Below, piece after piece: positions 24,301 through 39,350 of a stretch of DNA of 64,000 bases (position 1 is the first letter of the stretch; the number at the start of each line of letters is the position of its first letter). Made by a program: the position numbers and the translations under genes. The notes under the pieces were generated by a model. That model was given only the letters and a program-made list of their open reading frames with translations, was not told the DNA's origin and searched no databases. The DNA is taken from assembly GCA_964016885.1 (NCBI GenBank), contig OZ024740.1, positions 386,136,001 to 386,200,000 of the forward strand, given 5' to 3'. This stretch comes from Eledone cirrhosa (lineage: Eukaryota).

Positions 24301-27300
24301 CACTGGAGAGAGTGGTACTATATAGACATCTGGTTAGAATGGCAGAGGAGAGAACCACTGGAGAGAGTGGTACTATATAGACATCTGGTTAGAATGGCAG
24401 AGGAGGGAACCAATGGAGAGAGTGGTATTATATAGGCATCTGGTTAGAATGGGAGAGGAGGGAACCATTGGAGAGAGTGGTACTATATAGACATCTGCTT
24501 AGAATGGGAGAGGAGGGAACCAATGGAGAGAGTGGTACTATATAGACATCTGGTTAGAATGGGAGAGTAGGGAACCACTGGAGAGAGTGGTACTATATAG
24601 ACATCTGCTTAGAATGGGAGAGGAGGGAACAACTGGAGAGAGTTGGACTATATAGACATCTGGTTAGAATGGGAGAGGAGGGAACCACTGGAGCGAGTGG
24701 TACTATATAGACATCTGGTTAAAATGGGAGAGGAGGGAACCACTGGAGAGAGTTGGACTATATAGACATCTGGTTTGAATGGGAGAGGAGGGAACCACTG
24801 GAGCGAGTGGTACTATATAGACATCTGGTTAGAATGGCAGACGAGGGAACCACTGGAGAGAGTGGTACTACATAGGCATCTGGTTAGAATGGGAGAGTAG
24901 GGAACCGCTGCAGAGAGTGGTACTATATAGACATCTGGTTAGAATGGGAGAGGAGGGAACCACTGGAGAGAGTGGTACTATATAGACATCTGGATAGAAT
25001 GGGAGAGGAGGGAACCACTGGAGAGAGTGGTACTATATAGACATCTGGTTAGAATGGCAGTTGAGGGAACCACTGGAGAGAGTGGTACTACATAGACATC
25101 TGGTTAGAATGGCAGAGGAGGTAACCACTGGAGAGAGTGGTATTATATAGACATCTGGTTAGAATGGCAGTTGAGGGAACCACTGGAGAGAGTGGTACTA
25201 CACAGACATCTGGTTAGAATGTGAGAGGAGGGAAGCACTGGAGTGAGTGGTACTATAGAGACATCTGGTTAGAATGACAGAGGAGGGAACCACTGGAGAG
25301 ATTGGTACTACATAGACATCTAGTTACAATGGCAGAAGAGGGAACCATTGGAGAGATTGGTACTACATAGACATCTGGTTAGAATGGCAGAGGAGGGAAC
25401 CATTGGAGAGAGTGGTACTATATAGACATCTGGTTAGAATGGCAGAGGAGGGAACCACTGGAGAGAGTGGTACTATATAGACATCTGGTTAGAATGGCAG
25501 TTGAGGGAACCACTGGAGAGAGTGGTACTACACAGACATCTGGTTAGAATGGGAGAGGAGGGAAGCACTGGAGTGAGTGGTACTATAGAGACATCTGGTT
25601 AGAATGACAGAGGAGGGAACCACTGGAGAGATTGGTACTACATAGACATCTAGTTACAATGGCAGAAGAGGGAACCACTGGAGAGATTGGTACTACATAG
25701 ACATCTGGTTAGAATGGCAGAGGAGAGAACCATTGGAGAGAGTGGTACTATATAGACATCTGGTTAGAATGGCAGAGGAGGGAACCACTGGAGAGAGTGG
25801 TACTACACAGACATCTGGTTAGAATGGGAGAGGAGGGAAGCACTGGAGTGAGTGGTACTATAGAGACATCTGGTTAGAATGACAGAGGAGGGAACCACTG
25901 GAGAGATTGGTACTACATAGACATCTAGTTACAATGGCAGAAGAGGGACCCACTGGAGAGATTGGTACTACATAGACATCTGGTTAGAATGGCAGAGTAG
26001 GGAACCATTGGAGAGAGTGGTACTATATAGACATCTGTTTAGAATGGCAGAGGAGGGAACCACTTGAAAGATTGGTAATATATAGACATCTGGTTAGAAT
26101 GGGAATGGAGGGGACCACTGGAGAGAGTGGTACTATATATCATCTGGTTAGAATGGCAGAGGAGGGAACCACTGGAGAGAGTGGTACTATATAGACATCT
26201 GGTTTGAATGGGAGAGTAGGGAACCACTGGAGAGAGTGGTACTATATAAACATCTGGTTAGAATGGCAGAGGAGGGACCCATTGGAGAGAGTGGTACTAT
26301 ATAGACATCTGGTTAGAAGGGGAGAGTAGGGAACCACTGGAGAGAGTGGTACTACATAGACATCTGGTTAGAATGGCAGAGGAGGGAACCACTGGAGAGA
26401 GTGGTACTACATAGACATCTGGTTAGAATGGCAGACGAGGGAACCACTGGAGAGAGTGGTACTACATAGACATCTGGTTAGAATGGCAGTTGAGGGAACC
26501 ACTGGAGAGAGTGGTACTACACAGACATCTGGTTAGAATGGGAGAGGAGGGAACCACTGGAGAGAGTGGTACTATATAAACATCTGGTTAGAATGGCAGA
26601 GGAGGGAACCACTGGAGGTAGTGGTACTACATAATCATCTGGTTAGAATGGGAGAGCAGGGAACCACTGGAGAGAGTGGTACTATATAGACATCTGGTTA
26701 GAATGGCAGTTGAGGGAACCACTGGAGAGAGTGGTACTACACAGACATCTGGTTAGAATGGGAGAGGAGGGAACTACTGGAGAGAGTGGTACTATATAGA
26801 CATCTGGTTAGAATGGCAGAGGAGGGAACCACTTGATAGAGTGGTACTACATAGACATCTGGTTAGAATGGGAGAGGAGGGAACCACTGGAGAGAGTGGT
26901 ACTATATAGACATCTGGTTAGAATGGCACAGGAGGGAAGCACTGGAGAGAGTGGTACTATATAGACATCTGGTTAGAATGGGAGAACAGGGAACCACTGG
27001 AGAGAGTGGTACTACATAGACATCTGGTTAGAATGGCAGAGGAGGGAACCACTGGAGAGAGTGATACTACACAGACATCTGGTTAGAATGGGAGAGTAGG
27101 GAACCGCTGCAGAGAGTGGTACTATATAGACATCTGGTTAGAATGGCAGAGGAGGGAACCACTGGAGAGAGTGGTACTATATAGACATCTGGTTAGAATG
27201 GCAGTTGAGGGAACCACTGGAGAGAATGGTACTACATAGACATCTGGTTAGAATGGCAGAGGAGGGAACCACTGGAGAGATTGGTACTACATAGACATCT

Positions 27301-30300
27301 GGTTAGAATGGCAGAGGAGGGAACCATTGGAGAGTGGTACTATATAGACATCTGGTTAGAATGGCAGAGGAGGGAACCACTGGAGAGAGGGGTACTACAT
27401 AGACATCTGGTTAGAATGGGAGAGGAGGGAAGCACTGGAGTGAGTGGTACTACATAGACATCTGGTTAGAATGGGAGAGGAGGGAACCACTGGAGAGATT
27501 GGTACTACATAGACATCTGGTTAGAATGGCAGAGGAGGGAACCATTGGAGAGAGTGGTACTATATAGACATCTGTTTAGAATGGCAGAGGAGGGAACCAC
27601 TGGAGAGAGTGGTACTATATATCATCTGGTTAGAATGGCAGAGGAGGGAACCACTGGAGAGAGTGGTACTACATAGACATCTGGTTAGAATGGGAGAGGA
27701 GGGAACCACTGGAGAGAGTGGTACTATATAGACATCTGGTTAGAATGGCAGATGAGGGAACCACTGGAGAGAGTGGTACTATATATCATCTGGTTAGAAT
27801 GGCAGAGGAGGGAACCACTGGAGAGAGTGGTACTACATAGACATCTGGTTAGAATGGGAGAGGAGGGAACCACTGGAGAGAGTGGTACTATATAGACATC
27901 TGGTTAGAATGGCAGACGAGGGAACCACTGGAGAGAGTGGTACTATATAGGCATCTGGTTAGAATGGCAGAGTAGGGAATCACTGGAGCGAGTGGTACTA
28001 TATAGACATCTGGATAGAATGGGAGAGGAGGGAACCACTGGAGAGAGTGGTACTATATAGACATCTGGTTAGAATGGCAGAGGAGAGAACCACTGGAGAG
28101 AGTGGTACTATATAGACATCTGGTTAGAATGGGAGAGGAGGGAACCACTGGAGAGAGTGGTATTATATAGACATCTGGTTAGAATGGGAGAGGAGGGAAC
28201 CACTGGAGAGAGTGGTACTATATAGACATCTGGATAGAATGGGAGAGGAGGGAACCACTGGAGAGAGTGGTACTATATAGACATCTGGTTAGAATGGGAG
28301 AGGAGGGAACCACTGGAGAGAGTGGTACTATATAGACATCTTGTTAGAATGGCAGAGGAGGGAACCAATGGAGAGAGTGGTACTATATAGACATCTGGAT
28401 AGAATGGGAGAGGAGGGAACCACTGGAGAGAGTGGTACTATATAGACATCTTGTTAGCATGGGAGAGGAGAGAACCACTGGAGAGAGTGGTACTATATAG
28501 ACATCTGGTTAGAATGGCAGAGGAGAGAACCACTGGAGAGAGTGGTACTGTATAGACATCTGGTTAGAATGGCAGAGGAGGGAACCAATGGAGAGAGTGG
28601 TACTATATAGACATCTGGATAGAATGGGAGAGGAGGGAACCACTGGAGAGAGTGGTACTATATAGACATCTTGTTAGCATGGGAGAGGAGGGAACCACTG
28701 GAGAGAGTGGTACTATATAGACATCTGGTTAGAATGGCAGAGGAGAGAACCACTGGAGAGAGTGGTACTATATAGACATCTGGTTAGAATGGCAGAGGAG
28801 GGAACCAATGGAGAGAGTGGTATTATATAGGCATCTGGTTAGAATGGGAGAGGAGGGAACCATTGGAGAGAGTGGTACTATATAGACATCTGCTTAGAAT
28901 GGGAGAGGAGGGAACCAATGGAGAGAGTGGTACTATATAGACATCTGGTTAGAATGGGAGAGTAGGGAACCACTGGAGAGAGTGGTACTATATAGACATC
29001 TGCTTAGAATGGGAGAGGAGGGAACAACTGGAGAGAGTTGGACTATATAGACATCTGGTTAGAATGGGAGAGGAGGGAACCACTGGAGCGAGTGGTACTA
29101 TATAGACATCTGGTTAAAATGGGAGAGGAGGGAACCACTGGAGAGAGTTGGACTATATAGACATCTGGTTTGAATGGGAGAGGAGGGAACCACTGGAGCG
29201 AGTGGTACTATATAGACATCTGGTTAGAATGGCAGACGAGGGAACCACTGGAGAGAGTGGTACTACATAGGCATCTGGTTAGAATGGGAGAGTAGGGAAC
29301 CGCTGCAGAGAGTGGTACTATATAGACATCTGGTTAGAATGGGAGAGGAGGGAACCACTGGAGAGAGTGGTACTATATAGACATCTGGATAGAATGGGAG
29401 AGGAGGGAACCACTGGAGAGAGTGGTACTATATAGACATCTGGTTAGAATGGCAGTTGAGGGAACCAGTGGAGAGAGTGGTACTACATAGACATCTGGTT
29501 AGAATGGCAGAGGAGGTAACCACTGGAGAGAGTGGTATTATATAGACATCTGGTTAGAATGGCAGTTGAGGGAACCACTGGAGAGAGTGGTACTACACAG
29601 ACATCTGGTTAGAATGTGAGAGGAGGGAAGCACTGGAGTGAGTGGTACTATAGAGACATCTGGTTAGAATGACAGAGGAGGGAACCACTGGAGAGATTGG
29701 TACTACATAGACATCTAGTTACAATGGCAGAAGAGGGAACCATTGGAGAGATTGGTACTACATAGACATCTGGTTAGAATGGCAGAGGAGGGAACCATTG
29801 GAGAGAGTGGTACTATATAGACATCTGGTTAGAATGGCAGAGGAGGGAACCACTGGAGAGAGTGGTACTATATAGACATCTGGTTAGAATGGCAGTTGAG
29901 GGAACAACTGGAGAGAGTGGTACTACACAGACATCTGGTTAGAATGGGAGAGGAGGGAAGCACTGGAGTGAGTGGTACTATAGAGACATCTGGTTAGAAT
30001 GACAGAGGAGGGAACCACTGGAGAGATTGGTACTACATAGACATCTAGTTACAATGGCAGAAGAGGGAACCACTGGAGAGATTGGTACTACATAGACATC
30101 TGGTTAGAATGGCAGAGGAGGGAACCATTGGAGAGAGTGGTACTATATAGACATCTGGTTAGAATGGCAGAGGAGGGAACCACTGGAGAGAGTGGTACTA
30201 CACAGACATCTGGTTAGAATGGGAGAGGAGGGAAGCACTGGAGTGAGTGGTACTATAGAGACATCTGGTTAGAATGACAGAGGAGGGAACCACTGGAGAG

Positions 30301-31570
30301 ATTGGTACTACATAGACATCTAGTTACAATGGCAGAAGAGGGACCCACTGGAGAGATTGGTACTACATAGACATCTGGTTAGAATGGCAGAGTAGGGAAC
30401 CATTGGAGAGAGTGGTACTATATAGACATCTGTTTAGAATGGCAGAGGAGGGAACCACTTGAAAGATTGGTAATATATAGACATCTGGTTAGAATGGGAA
30501 TGGAGGGGACCACTGGAGAGAGTGGTACTATATATCATCTGGTTAGAATGGCAGAGGAGGGAACCACTGGAGAGAGTGGTACTATATAGACATCTGGTTT
30601 GAATGGGAGAGTAGGGAACCACTGGAGAGAGTGGTACTATATAAACATCTGGTTAGAATGGCAGAGGAGGGACCCATTGGAGAGAGTGGTACTATATAGA
30701 CATCTGGTTAGAAGGGGAGAGTAGGGAACCACTGGAGAGAGTGGTACTACATAGACATCTGGTTAGAATGGCAGAGGAGGGAACCACTGGAGAGAGTGGT
30801 ACTACATAGACATCTGGTTAGAATGGCAGACGAGGGAACCACTGGAGAGAGTGGTACTACATAGACATCTGGTTAGAATGGCAGTTGAGGGAACCACTGG
30901 AGAGAGTGGTACTACACAGACATCTGGTTAGAATGGGAGAGGAGGGAACCACTGGAGAGAGTGGTACTATATAAACATCTGGTTAGAATGGCAGAGGAGG
31001 GAACCACTGGAGGTAGTGGTACTACATAATCATCTGGTTAGAATGGGAGAGCAGGGAACCACTGGAGAGAGTGGTACTATATAGACATCTGGTTAGAATG
31101 GCAGTTGAGGGAACCACTGGAGAGAGTGGTACTACACAGACATCTGGTTAGAATGGGAGAGGAGGGAACTACTGGAGAGAGTGGTACTATATAAACATCT
31201 GGTTAGAATGGCAGAGGAGGGAACCACTTGATAGAGTGGTACTACATAGACATCTGGTTAGAATGGGAGAGGAGGGAACCACTGGAGAGAGTGGTACTAT
31301 ATAGACATCTGGTTAGAATGGCACAGGAGGGAAGCACTGGAGAGAGTGGTACTATATAGACATCTGGTTAGAATGGGAGAACAGGGAACCACTGGAGAGA
31401 GTGGTACTACATAGACATCTGGTTAGAATGGCAGAGGAGGGAACCACTGGAGAGAGTGATACTACACAGACATCTGGTTAGAATGGGAGAGTAGGGAACC
31501 GCTGCAGAGAGTGGTACTATATAGACATCTGGTTAGAATGGCAGAGGAGGGAAACACTGGAGAGAGTAGT
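15330..31570 (+). repeat. Four related super-units of about 4 kb (70, 73 and 80 monomers apart); boundaries approximate
   Basis: The marker TACTGTATAG lies at 16296, 20141, 24151 and 28546 (spacings 3845, 4010, 4395, each n x 55 minus 5). Each copy sits in a block with TTGTTAGCAT, CCAATGG, TGCTTAG and GGTTAAAAT. Identical ORFs at 22029/26039/30434 give the same 4010 and 4395 spacings. Confidence 0.9.
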
Positions 31571-34449
31571 ACTACATAGACATCTGGTTAGAATGGGAGA
31601 GGAGGGAACCACTGGAGAGATTGGTACTACATAGACATCTGGTTAGAATGGCAGAGGAGGGAACCATTGGAGAGAGTGGTACTATATAGACATCTGGTTA
31701 GAATGGCAGAGGAGGGAACCACTGGAGAGAGTGGTACTATATAGACATCTGGTTAGAATGGCAGTTGAGGGAACCACTGGAGAGAGTGGTACTACACAGA
31801 CATCTGGTTAGAATGGGAGAGGAGGGAAGCACTGGAGTGAGTGGTACTATAGAGACATCTGGTTAGAATGACAGAGGAGGGAACCACTGGAGAGATTGGT
31901 ACTACATAGACATCTAGTTACAATGGCAGAAGAGGGAACCACTGGAGAGATTGGTTCTACATAGACATCTGGTTAGAATGGCAGAGGAGGGAACCACTTG
32001 AAAGATTGGTAATATATAGACATCTGGTTAGAATGGGAATGGAGGGGACCACTGGAGAGAGTGGTACTATATATCATCTGGTTAGAATGGCAAAGGAGGG
32101 AACCACTGGAGAGAGTGGTACTATATAGACATCTGGTTAGAATGGGAGAGTAGGGAACCACTGGAGAGAGTGGTACTATATAAACATCTGGTTAGAATGG
32201 CAGAGGAGGGAACCACTGGAGAGAATGGTACTACATAGACATCTGGTTAGAATGGGAGAGGAGGGAAGCACTGGAGTGAGTGGTACTATAGAGACATCTG
32301 GTTAGAATGACAGAGGAGGGAACCACTGGAGAGATTGGTACTACATAGACATCTAGTTACAATGGCAGAAGAGGGAACCACTGGAGAGATTGGTACTACA
32401 TAGACATCTAGTTACAATGGCAGAAGAGGGAACCACTGGAGAGATTGGTACTACATAGACATCTGGTTAGAATGGCAGAGGAGGGAACCATTGGAGAGAG
32501 TGGTACTATATAGACATCTGGTTAGAATGGCAGAGGAGGGAACCACTGGAGAGAGTGGTACTATATAAACATCTGGTTAGAATGGCAGAGGAGGGAACCA
32601 CTGGAGAGAGTGGTACTATATAGACATCTGGTTAGAATGGCAGTTGAGGGAACCACTGGAGAGAGTGGTACTACACAGACATCTGGTTAGAACGGGAGAG
32701 GAGGGAAGCACTGGAGTGAGTGGTACTATAGAGACATCTGGTTAGAATGACAGAGGAGGGAACCACTGGAGAGATTGGTACTACATAGACATCTAGTTAC
32801 AATGGCAGAAGAGGGAACCACTGGAGAGATTGGTACTACATAGACATCTGGTTAGAATGGCAGAGGAGGGAACCATTGGAGAGAGTGGTACTATATAGAC
32901 ATCTGGTTAGAATGGCAGAGGAGGGAACCACTTGAAAGATTGTTAATATATAGACATCTGGTTAGAATGGGAATGGAGTGGACCACTGGAGAGAGTGGTA
33001 CTATATAGACATCTGGTTAGAATGGCAGAGGAGGGAACCATTGGAGAGAGTGGTACTATATAGACATCTGGTTAGAATGGGAGAGTAGGGAACCACTGGA
33101 GAGAGTGGTACTATATAAACATCTGGTTAGAATGGCAGAGGAGGGACCCATTGGAGAGAGTGGTACTATATAGACATCTGCTTAGAATGGGAGAGGAGGG
33201 AACAACTGGAGAGAGTTGGACTATATAGACATCTGGTTAGAATGGGAGAGGAGGGAACCACTGGAGCGAGTGGTACTATATAGACATCTGGTTAGAATGG
33301 CAAAGGAGGGAACCACTGGAGAGAGAGGTACTACATAGACATCTGGTTAGAATGGCAGACGAGGGAACCACTGGAGAAAGTGGTACTACATAGGCATCTG
33401 GTTAGAATGTGAGAGTAGGGAACCGCTGCAGAGAGTGGTACTATATAGACATCTGGTTAGAATGGCAAAGGAGGGAACCATTGGAGAGAGAGGTACTGTA
33501 TAGACATCAGGTTAGAATGGCAGACGAGGGAACCACTGGAGAGAGTGGTACTACACAGACATCTGTTTAGAATGGGAGAGTAGGGAACCACTGGAGAGAG
33601 TGGTACTATATAAACCTCTGGTTAGAATGGCAGAGGAGGGACCCATTGGAGAGAGTGGTACTATATAGACATCTGGTTAGAATAGGAGAGTAGGGAACCA
33701 CTGGAGAGAGTGGTACTACATAGACATCTGGTTAGAATGGCAGAGGAGGGAACCACTGGAGAGAGTGGTACTACATAGACATCTGGTTAGAATGGCAGAC
33801 GAGGGAACCATTGGAGAGAGTGGTAGTACATAGACATCTGGTTAGAATGGCAGTTGAGGGAACCACTGGAGAGAGTGGTACTACACAGGCATCTGGTTAG
33901 AATGGGAGAGGAGGAAACCACTGGAGAGAGTGGTACTATATAAACATCTGGTTAGAATGGCAGAGGAGGGAACCACTGGAGAGAGTGGTACTATATAGGG
34001 ATCTGGTTAGTATGGCACAGGAGGGAACCACTGGAGGTAGTGGTACTACAGAGACATCTGGTTAGAATGGGAGAGCAGGGAACCACTGGAGAGAGTGGTA
34101 CTACATAGACATCTGGTTAGAATGGGAGAGGAGGGGACCACTGGAGAGAGTGGTACTACACAGACATCTGGTTAGAATGGGAGAGGAGGGAACTACTGGA
34201 GAGAGTGGTACTATATAAACATCTGGTTAGAATGGCAGAGGAGGGAACCACTTGATAGAGTGGTACTACATAGACATCTGGTTAGAATGGGAGAGGAGGG
34301 AACCACTGGAGAGAGTGGTACTATATAGACCTCTGGTTAGAATGGCACAGGAGGGAAGCACTGGAGAGAGTGGTACTATATAGACATCTGGTTAGAATGG
34401 GAGAACAGGGAACCACTGGAGAGAGTGGTACTATATAGACATCTGGTTA

Positions 34450-37400
34450 GAATGGCAGTTGAGGGAACCACTGGAGAGAGTGGTACTACACAGACATCTG
34501 GTTAGAATGGGAGAGGAGGGAAGCACTGGAGTGAGTGGTACTATAGAGACATCTGGTTAGAATGACAGAGGAGGGAACCACTGGAGAGATTGGTACTACA
34601 TAGACATCTAGTTACAATGGCAGAAGAAGGAACCACTGGAGAGATTGGTACTACATAGACATCTGGTTAGAATGGCAGAGGAGGGAACCATTGGAGAGAG
34701 TGGTACTATATAGACATCTGGTTAGAATGGCAGAGGAGGGAACCACTGGAGAGAGTGGTACTATATAGACATCTGGTTAGAATGGCAGTTGAGGGAACCA
34801 CTGGAGAGAGTGGTACTACACAGACATCTGGTTAGAATGGGAGAGGAGGGAAGCACTGGAGTGAGTGGTACTACAGAGACATCTGGTTAGAATGACAGAG
34901 GAGGGAACCACTGGAGAGATTGGTACTACATAGACATCTAGTTACAATGGCAGAAGAGGGAACCACTGGAGAGATTGGTACTACATAGACATCTGGTTAG
35001 AATGGCAGAGGAGGGAACCATTGGAGAGAGTGGTACTATATAGACATCTGGTTAGAATGGCAGAGGAGGGAACCACTGGAGAGATTGGTACTACATAGAC
35101 ATCTGGTTAGAATGGGAGAGGAGGGAACCACTGGAGAGAGTGGTACTATATAGACCTCTGGTTAGAATGGAACAGGAGGGAAGCACTGGAGAGAGTGGTA
35201 CTATATATCATCTGGTTAGAATGGCAGAGGAGGGAACCATTGGAGAGAGTGGTACTATATAGACATCTGGTTAGAATGGGAGAGTAGGGAACCACTGGAG
35301 AGAGTGGTACTATATAAACATCTGGTTAGAATGGCAGAGGAGGGACCCATTGGAGAGAGTGGTACTATATAGACATCTGGTTAGAATGGGAGAGTAGGGA
35401 ACCACTGGAGAGAGTGGTACTACATAGACATCTGGTTAGAATGGCAGAGGAGGGAACCACTGGAGAGAGTGGTACTACATAGACATCTGGTTAGAATGGC
35501 AGACGAGGGAACCACTGCAGAGAGTGGTACTACATAGACATCTGGTTAGAATGGCAGTTGAGGGAACCACTGGAGAGAGTGGTACTACACAGACATCTGG
35601 TTAGAATGGGAGAGGAGGGAACCACTGGAGAGAGTGGTACTATATAAACATCTGGTTAGAATGGCAGAGGAGGGAACCACTGGAGGTAGTGGTACTACAT
35701 AGACATCTGGTTAGAATGGGAGAACAGGGAACCACTGGAGAGAGTGGTACTACATAGACATCTGGTTAGAATGGCAGAGGAGGGAACCACTGGAGAGAGT
35801 GATACTACACAGACATCTGGTTAGAATGGGAGAGTAGGGAACCGCTGCAGAGAGTGGTACTATATAGACATCTGGTTAGAATGGCAGAGGAGGGAAACAC
35901 TGGAGAGAGTAGTACTACATAGACATCTGGATAGAATGGGAGAGGAGGGAACCACTGGAGAGAGTGGTACTATATAGACATCTGGTTAGAATGGCAGTTG
36001 AGGGAACCACTGGAAAGAGTGGTACTACATAGACATCTGGTTAGAATGGCAGAGGAGGTAACCACTGGAGAGAGTGGTACTATCTAGACATCTGGTTAGA
36101 ATGGCAGTTGAGGGAACCACTGGAGAGAGTGGTACTACACAGACATCTGGTTAGAATGGGAGAGGAGGGCAGCACTGGAGTGAGTGGTACTATAGAGACA
36201 TCTGGTTAGAATGACAGAGGAGGGAACCACTGGAGAGATTGGTAATACATAGACATCTAGTTACAATGGCAGAAGAGGGAACCACTGGAGAGATTGGTAC
36301 TACATAGACATCTGGTTAGAATGGCAGAGGAGGGAACCATTGGAGAGAGTGGTACTATATAGACATCTGGTTAGAATGGCAGAGGAGGGAACCACTGGAG
36401 AGAGTGGTACTATATAGACATCTGGTTAGAATGGCAGTTGAGGGAACCACTGGAGAGAGTGGTACTACACAGACATCTGGTTAGAATGGGAGAGGAGGGA
36501 AGCACTGGAGTGAGTGGTACTATAGAGACATCTGGTTAGAATGACAGATGAGGGAACCACTGGAGAGATTGGTACTACATAGACATCTAGTTACAATGGC
36601 AGAAGAGGGAACCACTGGAGAGATTGGTACTACATAGACATCTGGTTAGAATGGCAGAGGAGGGACCCATTGGAGAGAGAGGTACTATATAGACATCTGG
36701 TTAGAATGGGAGAGTAGGGAACCACTGGAGAGAGTGGTACTATATAAACATCTGGTTAGAATGGCAGAGGAGGGACCCATTGGAGAGAGTGGTACTATAG
36801 AGACATCTGGTTAGAATGACAGAGGAGGGAACCACTGGAGAGATTGGTACTACATAGACATCTAGTTACAATGGCAGAAGAGGGAACCACTGGAGAGATT
36901 GGTACTACATAGACATCTGGTTAGAATGGCAGAGGAGGGAACCATTGGAGAGAGTGGTACTATATAGACATCTGGTTAGAATGGCATAGGAGGGAACCAC
37001 TGGAGAGAGTGGTACTATATAGACATCTGGTTAGAATGGCAGTTGAGGTAACCACTGGAGAGAGTGGTACTACACAGACATCTGGTTAGAATGGGAGAGG
37101 AGGGAAGCACTGGAGTGAGTGGTACTACAGAGACATCTGGTTAGAATGACAGAGGAGGGAACCACTGGAGAGATTGGTACTACATAGACATCTAGTTACA
37201 ATGGCAGAAGAGGGAACCACTGGAGAGATTGGTACTACATAGACATCTGGTTAGAATGGCAGAGGAGGGAACCATTGGAGAGAGTGGTACTATATAGACA
37301 TCAGGTTAGAATGGCAGAGGAGGGAACCACTGGAGAGATTGGTACTACATAGACATCTGGTTAGAATGGGAGAGGAGGGAACCACTGGAGAGAGTGGTAC

Positions 37401-39350
37401 TATATAGACCTCTGGTTAGAATGGAACAGGAGGGAAGCACTGGAGAGAGTGGTACTATATATCATCTGGTTAGAATGGCAGAGGAGGGAACCATTGGAGA
37501 GAGTGGTACTATATAGACATCTGGTTAGAATGGGAGAGTAGGGAACCACTGGAGAGAGTGGTACTATATAAACATCTGGTTAGAATGGCAGAGGAGGGAC
37601 CCATTGGAGAGAGTGGTACTATATAGACATCTGGTTAGAATGGGAGAGTAGGGAACCACTGGAGAGAGTGGTACTACATAGACATCTGGTTAGAATGGGA
37701 GAACAGGGAACCACTGGAGAGAGTGGTACTACATAGACATCTGGTTAGAATGGCAGAGGAGGGAACCACTGGAGAGAGTGATACTACACAGACATCTGGT
37801 TAGAATGGGAGAGTAGGGAACCGCTGCAGAGAGTGGTACTATATAGACATCTGGTTAGAATGGCAGAGGAGGGAAACACTGGAGAGAGTAGTACTACATA
37901 GACATCTGGATAGACTGGGAGAGGAGGGAACCACTGGAGAGAGTGGTACTATATAGACATCTGGTTAGAATGGCAGTTGAGGGAACCACTGGAGAGAGTG
38001 GTACTACATAGACATCTGGTTAGAATGGCAGAGGAGGTAACCACTGGAGAGAGTGGTACTATATAGACATCTGGTTAGAATGGCAGTTGAGGGAACCACT
38101 GGAGAGAGTGGTACTACACAGACATCTGGTTAGAATGGGAGAGGAGGGCAGCACTGGAGTGAGTGGTACTATAGAGACATCTGGTTAGAATGACAGAGGA
38201 GGGAACCACTGGAGAGATTGGTAATACATAGACATCTAGTTACAATGGCAGAAGAGGGAACCACTGGAGAGATTGGTACTACATAGACATCTGGTTAGAA
38301 TGGCAGAGGAGGGAACCATTGGAGAGAGTGGTACTATATAGACATCTGGTTAGAATGGCAGAGGAGGGAACCACTGGAGAGAGTGGTACTATATAGACAT
38401 CTGGTTAGAATGGCAGTTGAGGGAACCACTGGAGAGAGTGGTACTACACAGACATCTGGTTAGAATGGGAGAGGAGGGAAGCACTGGAGTGAGTGGTACT
38501 ATAGAGACATCTGGTTAGAATGACAGATGAGGGAACCACTGGAGAGATTGGTACTACATAGACATCTAGTTCCAATGGCAGAAGAGGGAACCACTGGAGA
38601 GATTGGTACTACATAGACATCTGGTTAGAATGGCAGAGGAGGGACCCAATGGAGAGAGAGGTACTATATAGACATCTGGTTAGAATGGGAGAGTAGGGAA
38701 CCACTGGAGAGAGTGGTACTATATAAACATCTGGTTAGAATGGCAGAGGAGGGACCCATTGGAGAGAGTGGTACTATATAGACATCTGGTTAGAAGGGGA
38801 GAGTAGGGAACCACTGGAGAGAGTGGTACTACATAGCCATCTGGTTAGAATGGCAGTTGAGGGAACCACTGGAGAGAGTGGTACTACACAGACATCTGGT
38901 TAGAATGGGAGAGGAGGGAACCACTGGAGAGAGTGGTACTATATAAACATCTGGTTAGAATGGCAGAGGAGGGAACCACTGGAGGTAGTGGTACTACATA
39001 GACATCTGGTTAGAATGGGAGAACAGGGAACCACTGGAGAGAGTGATACTACACAGACATCTGGTTAGAATGGGAGAGTAGGGAACCGCTGCAGAGAGTG
39101 GTACTATATAGACATCTGGTTAGAATGGCAGAGGAGGGAAACACTGGAGAGAGTAGTACTACATAGACATCTGGATAGAATGGGAGAGGAGGGAAACACT
39201 GGAGAGAGTAGTACTACATAGACATCTGGATAGAATGGGAGAGGAGGGAACCACTGGAGAGAGTGGTACTATTTAGACATCTGGTTAGAATGGCAGTTCA
39301 GGGAACCACTGGAGAGAGTGGTACTACATAGACATCTGGTTAGAATGGCA
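34450..39350 (+). repeat. Tandem duplication of about 2.0-2.25 kb; boundaries approximate
   Basis: ATGGAACAGG 35171/37425 (offset 2254 = 41x55-1). GGGCAGCACT 36167/38146 and GACAGATGAG 36543/38522 (offset 1979 = 36x55-1). A third partial copy lies near 41.3-42.7 kb. Confidence 0.85.
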
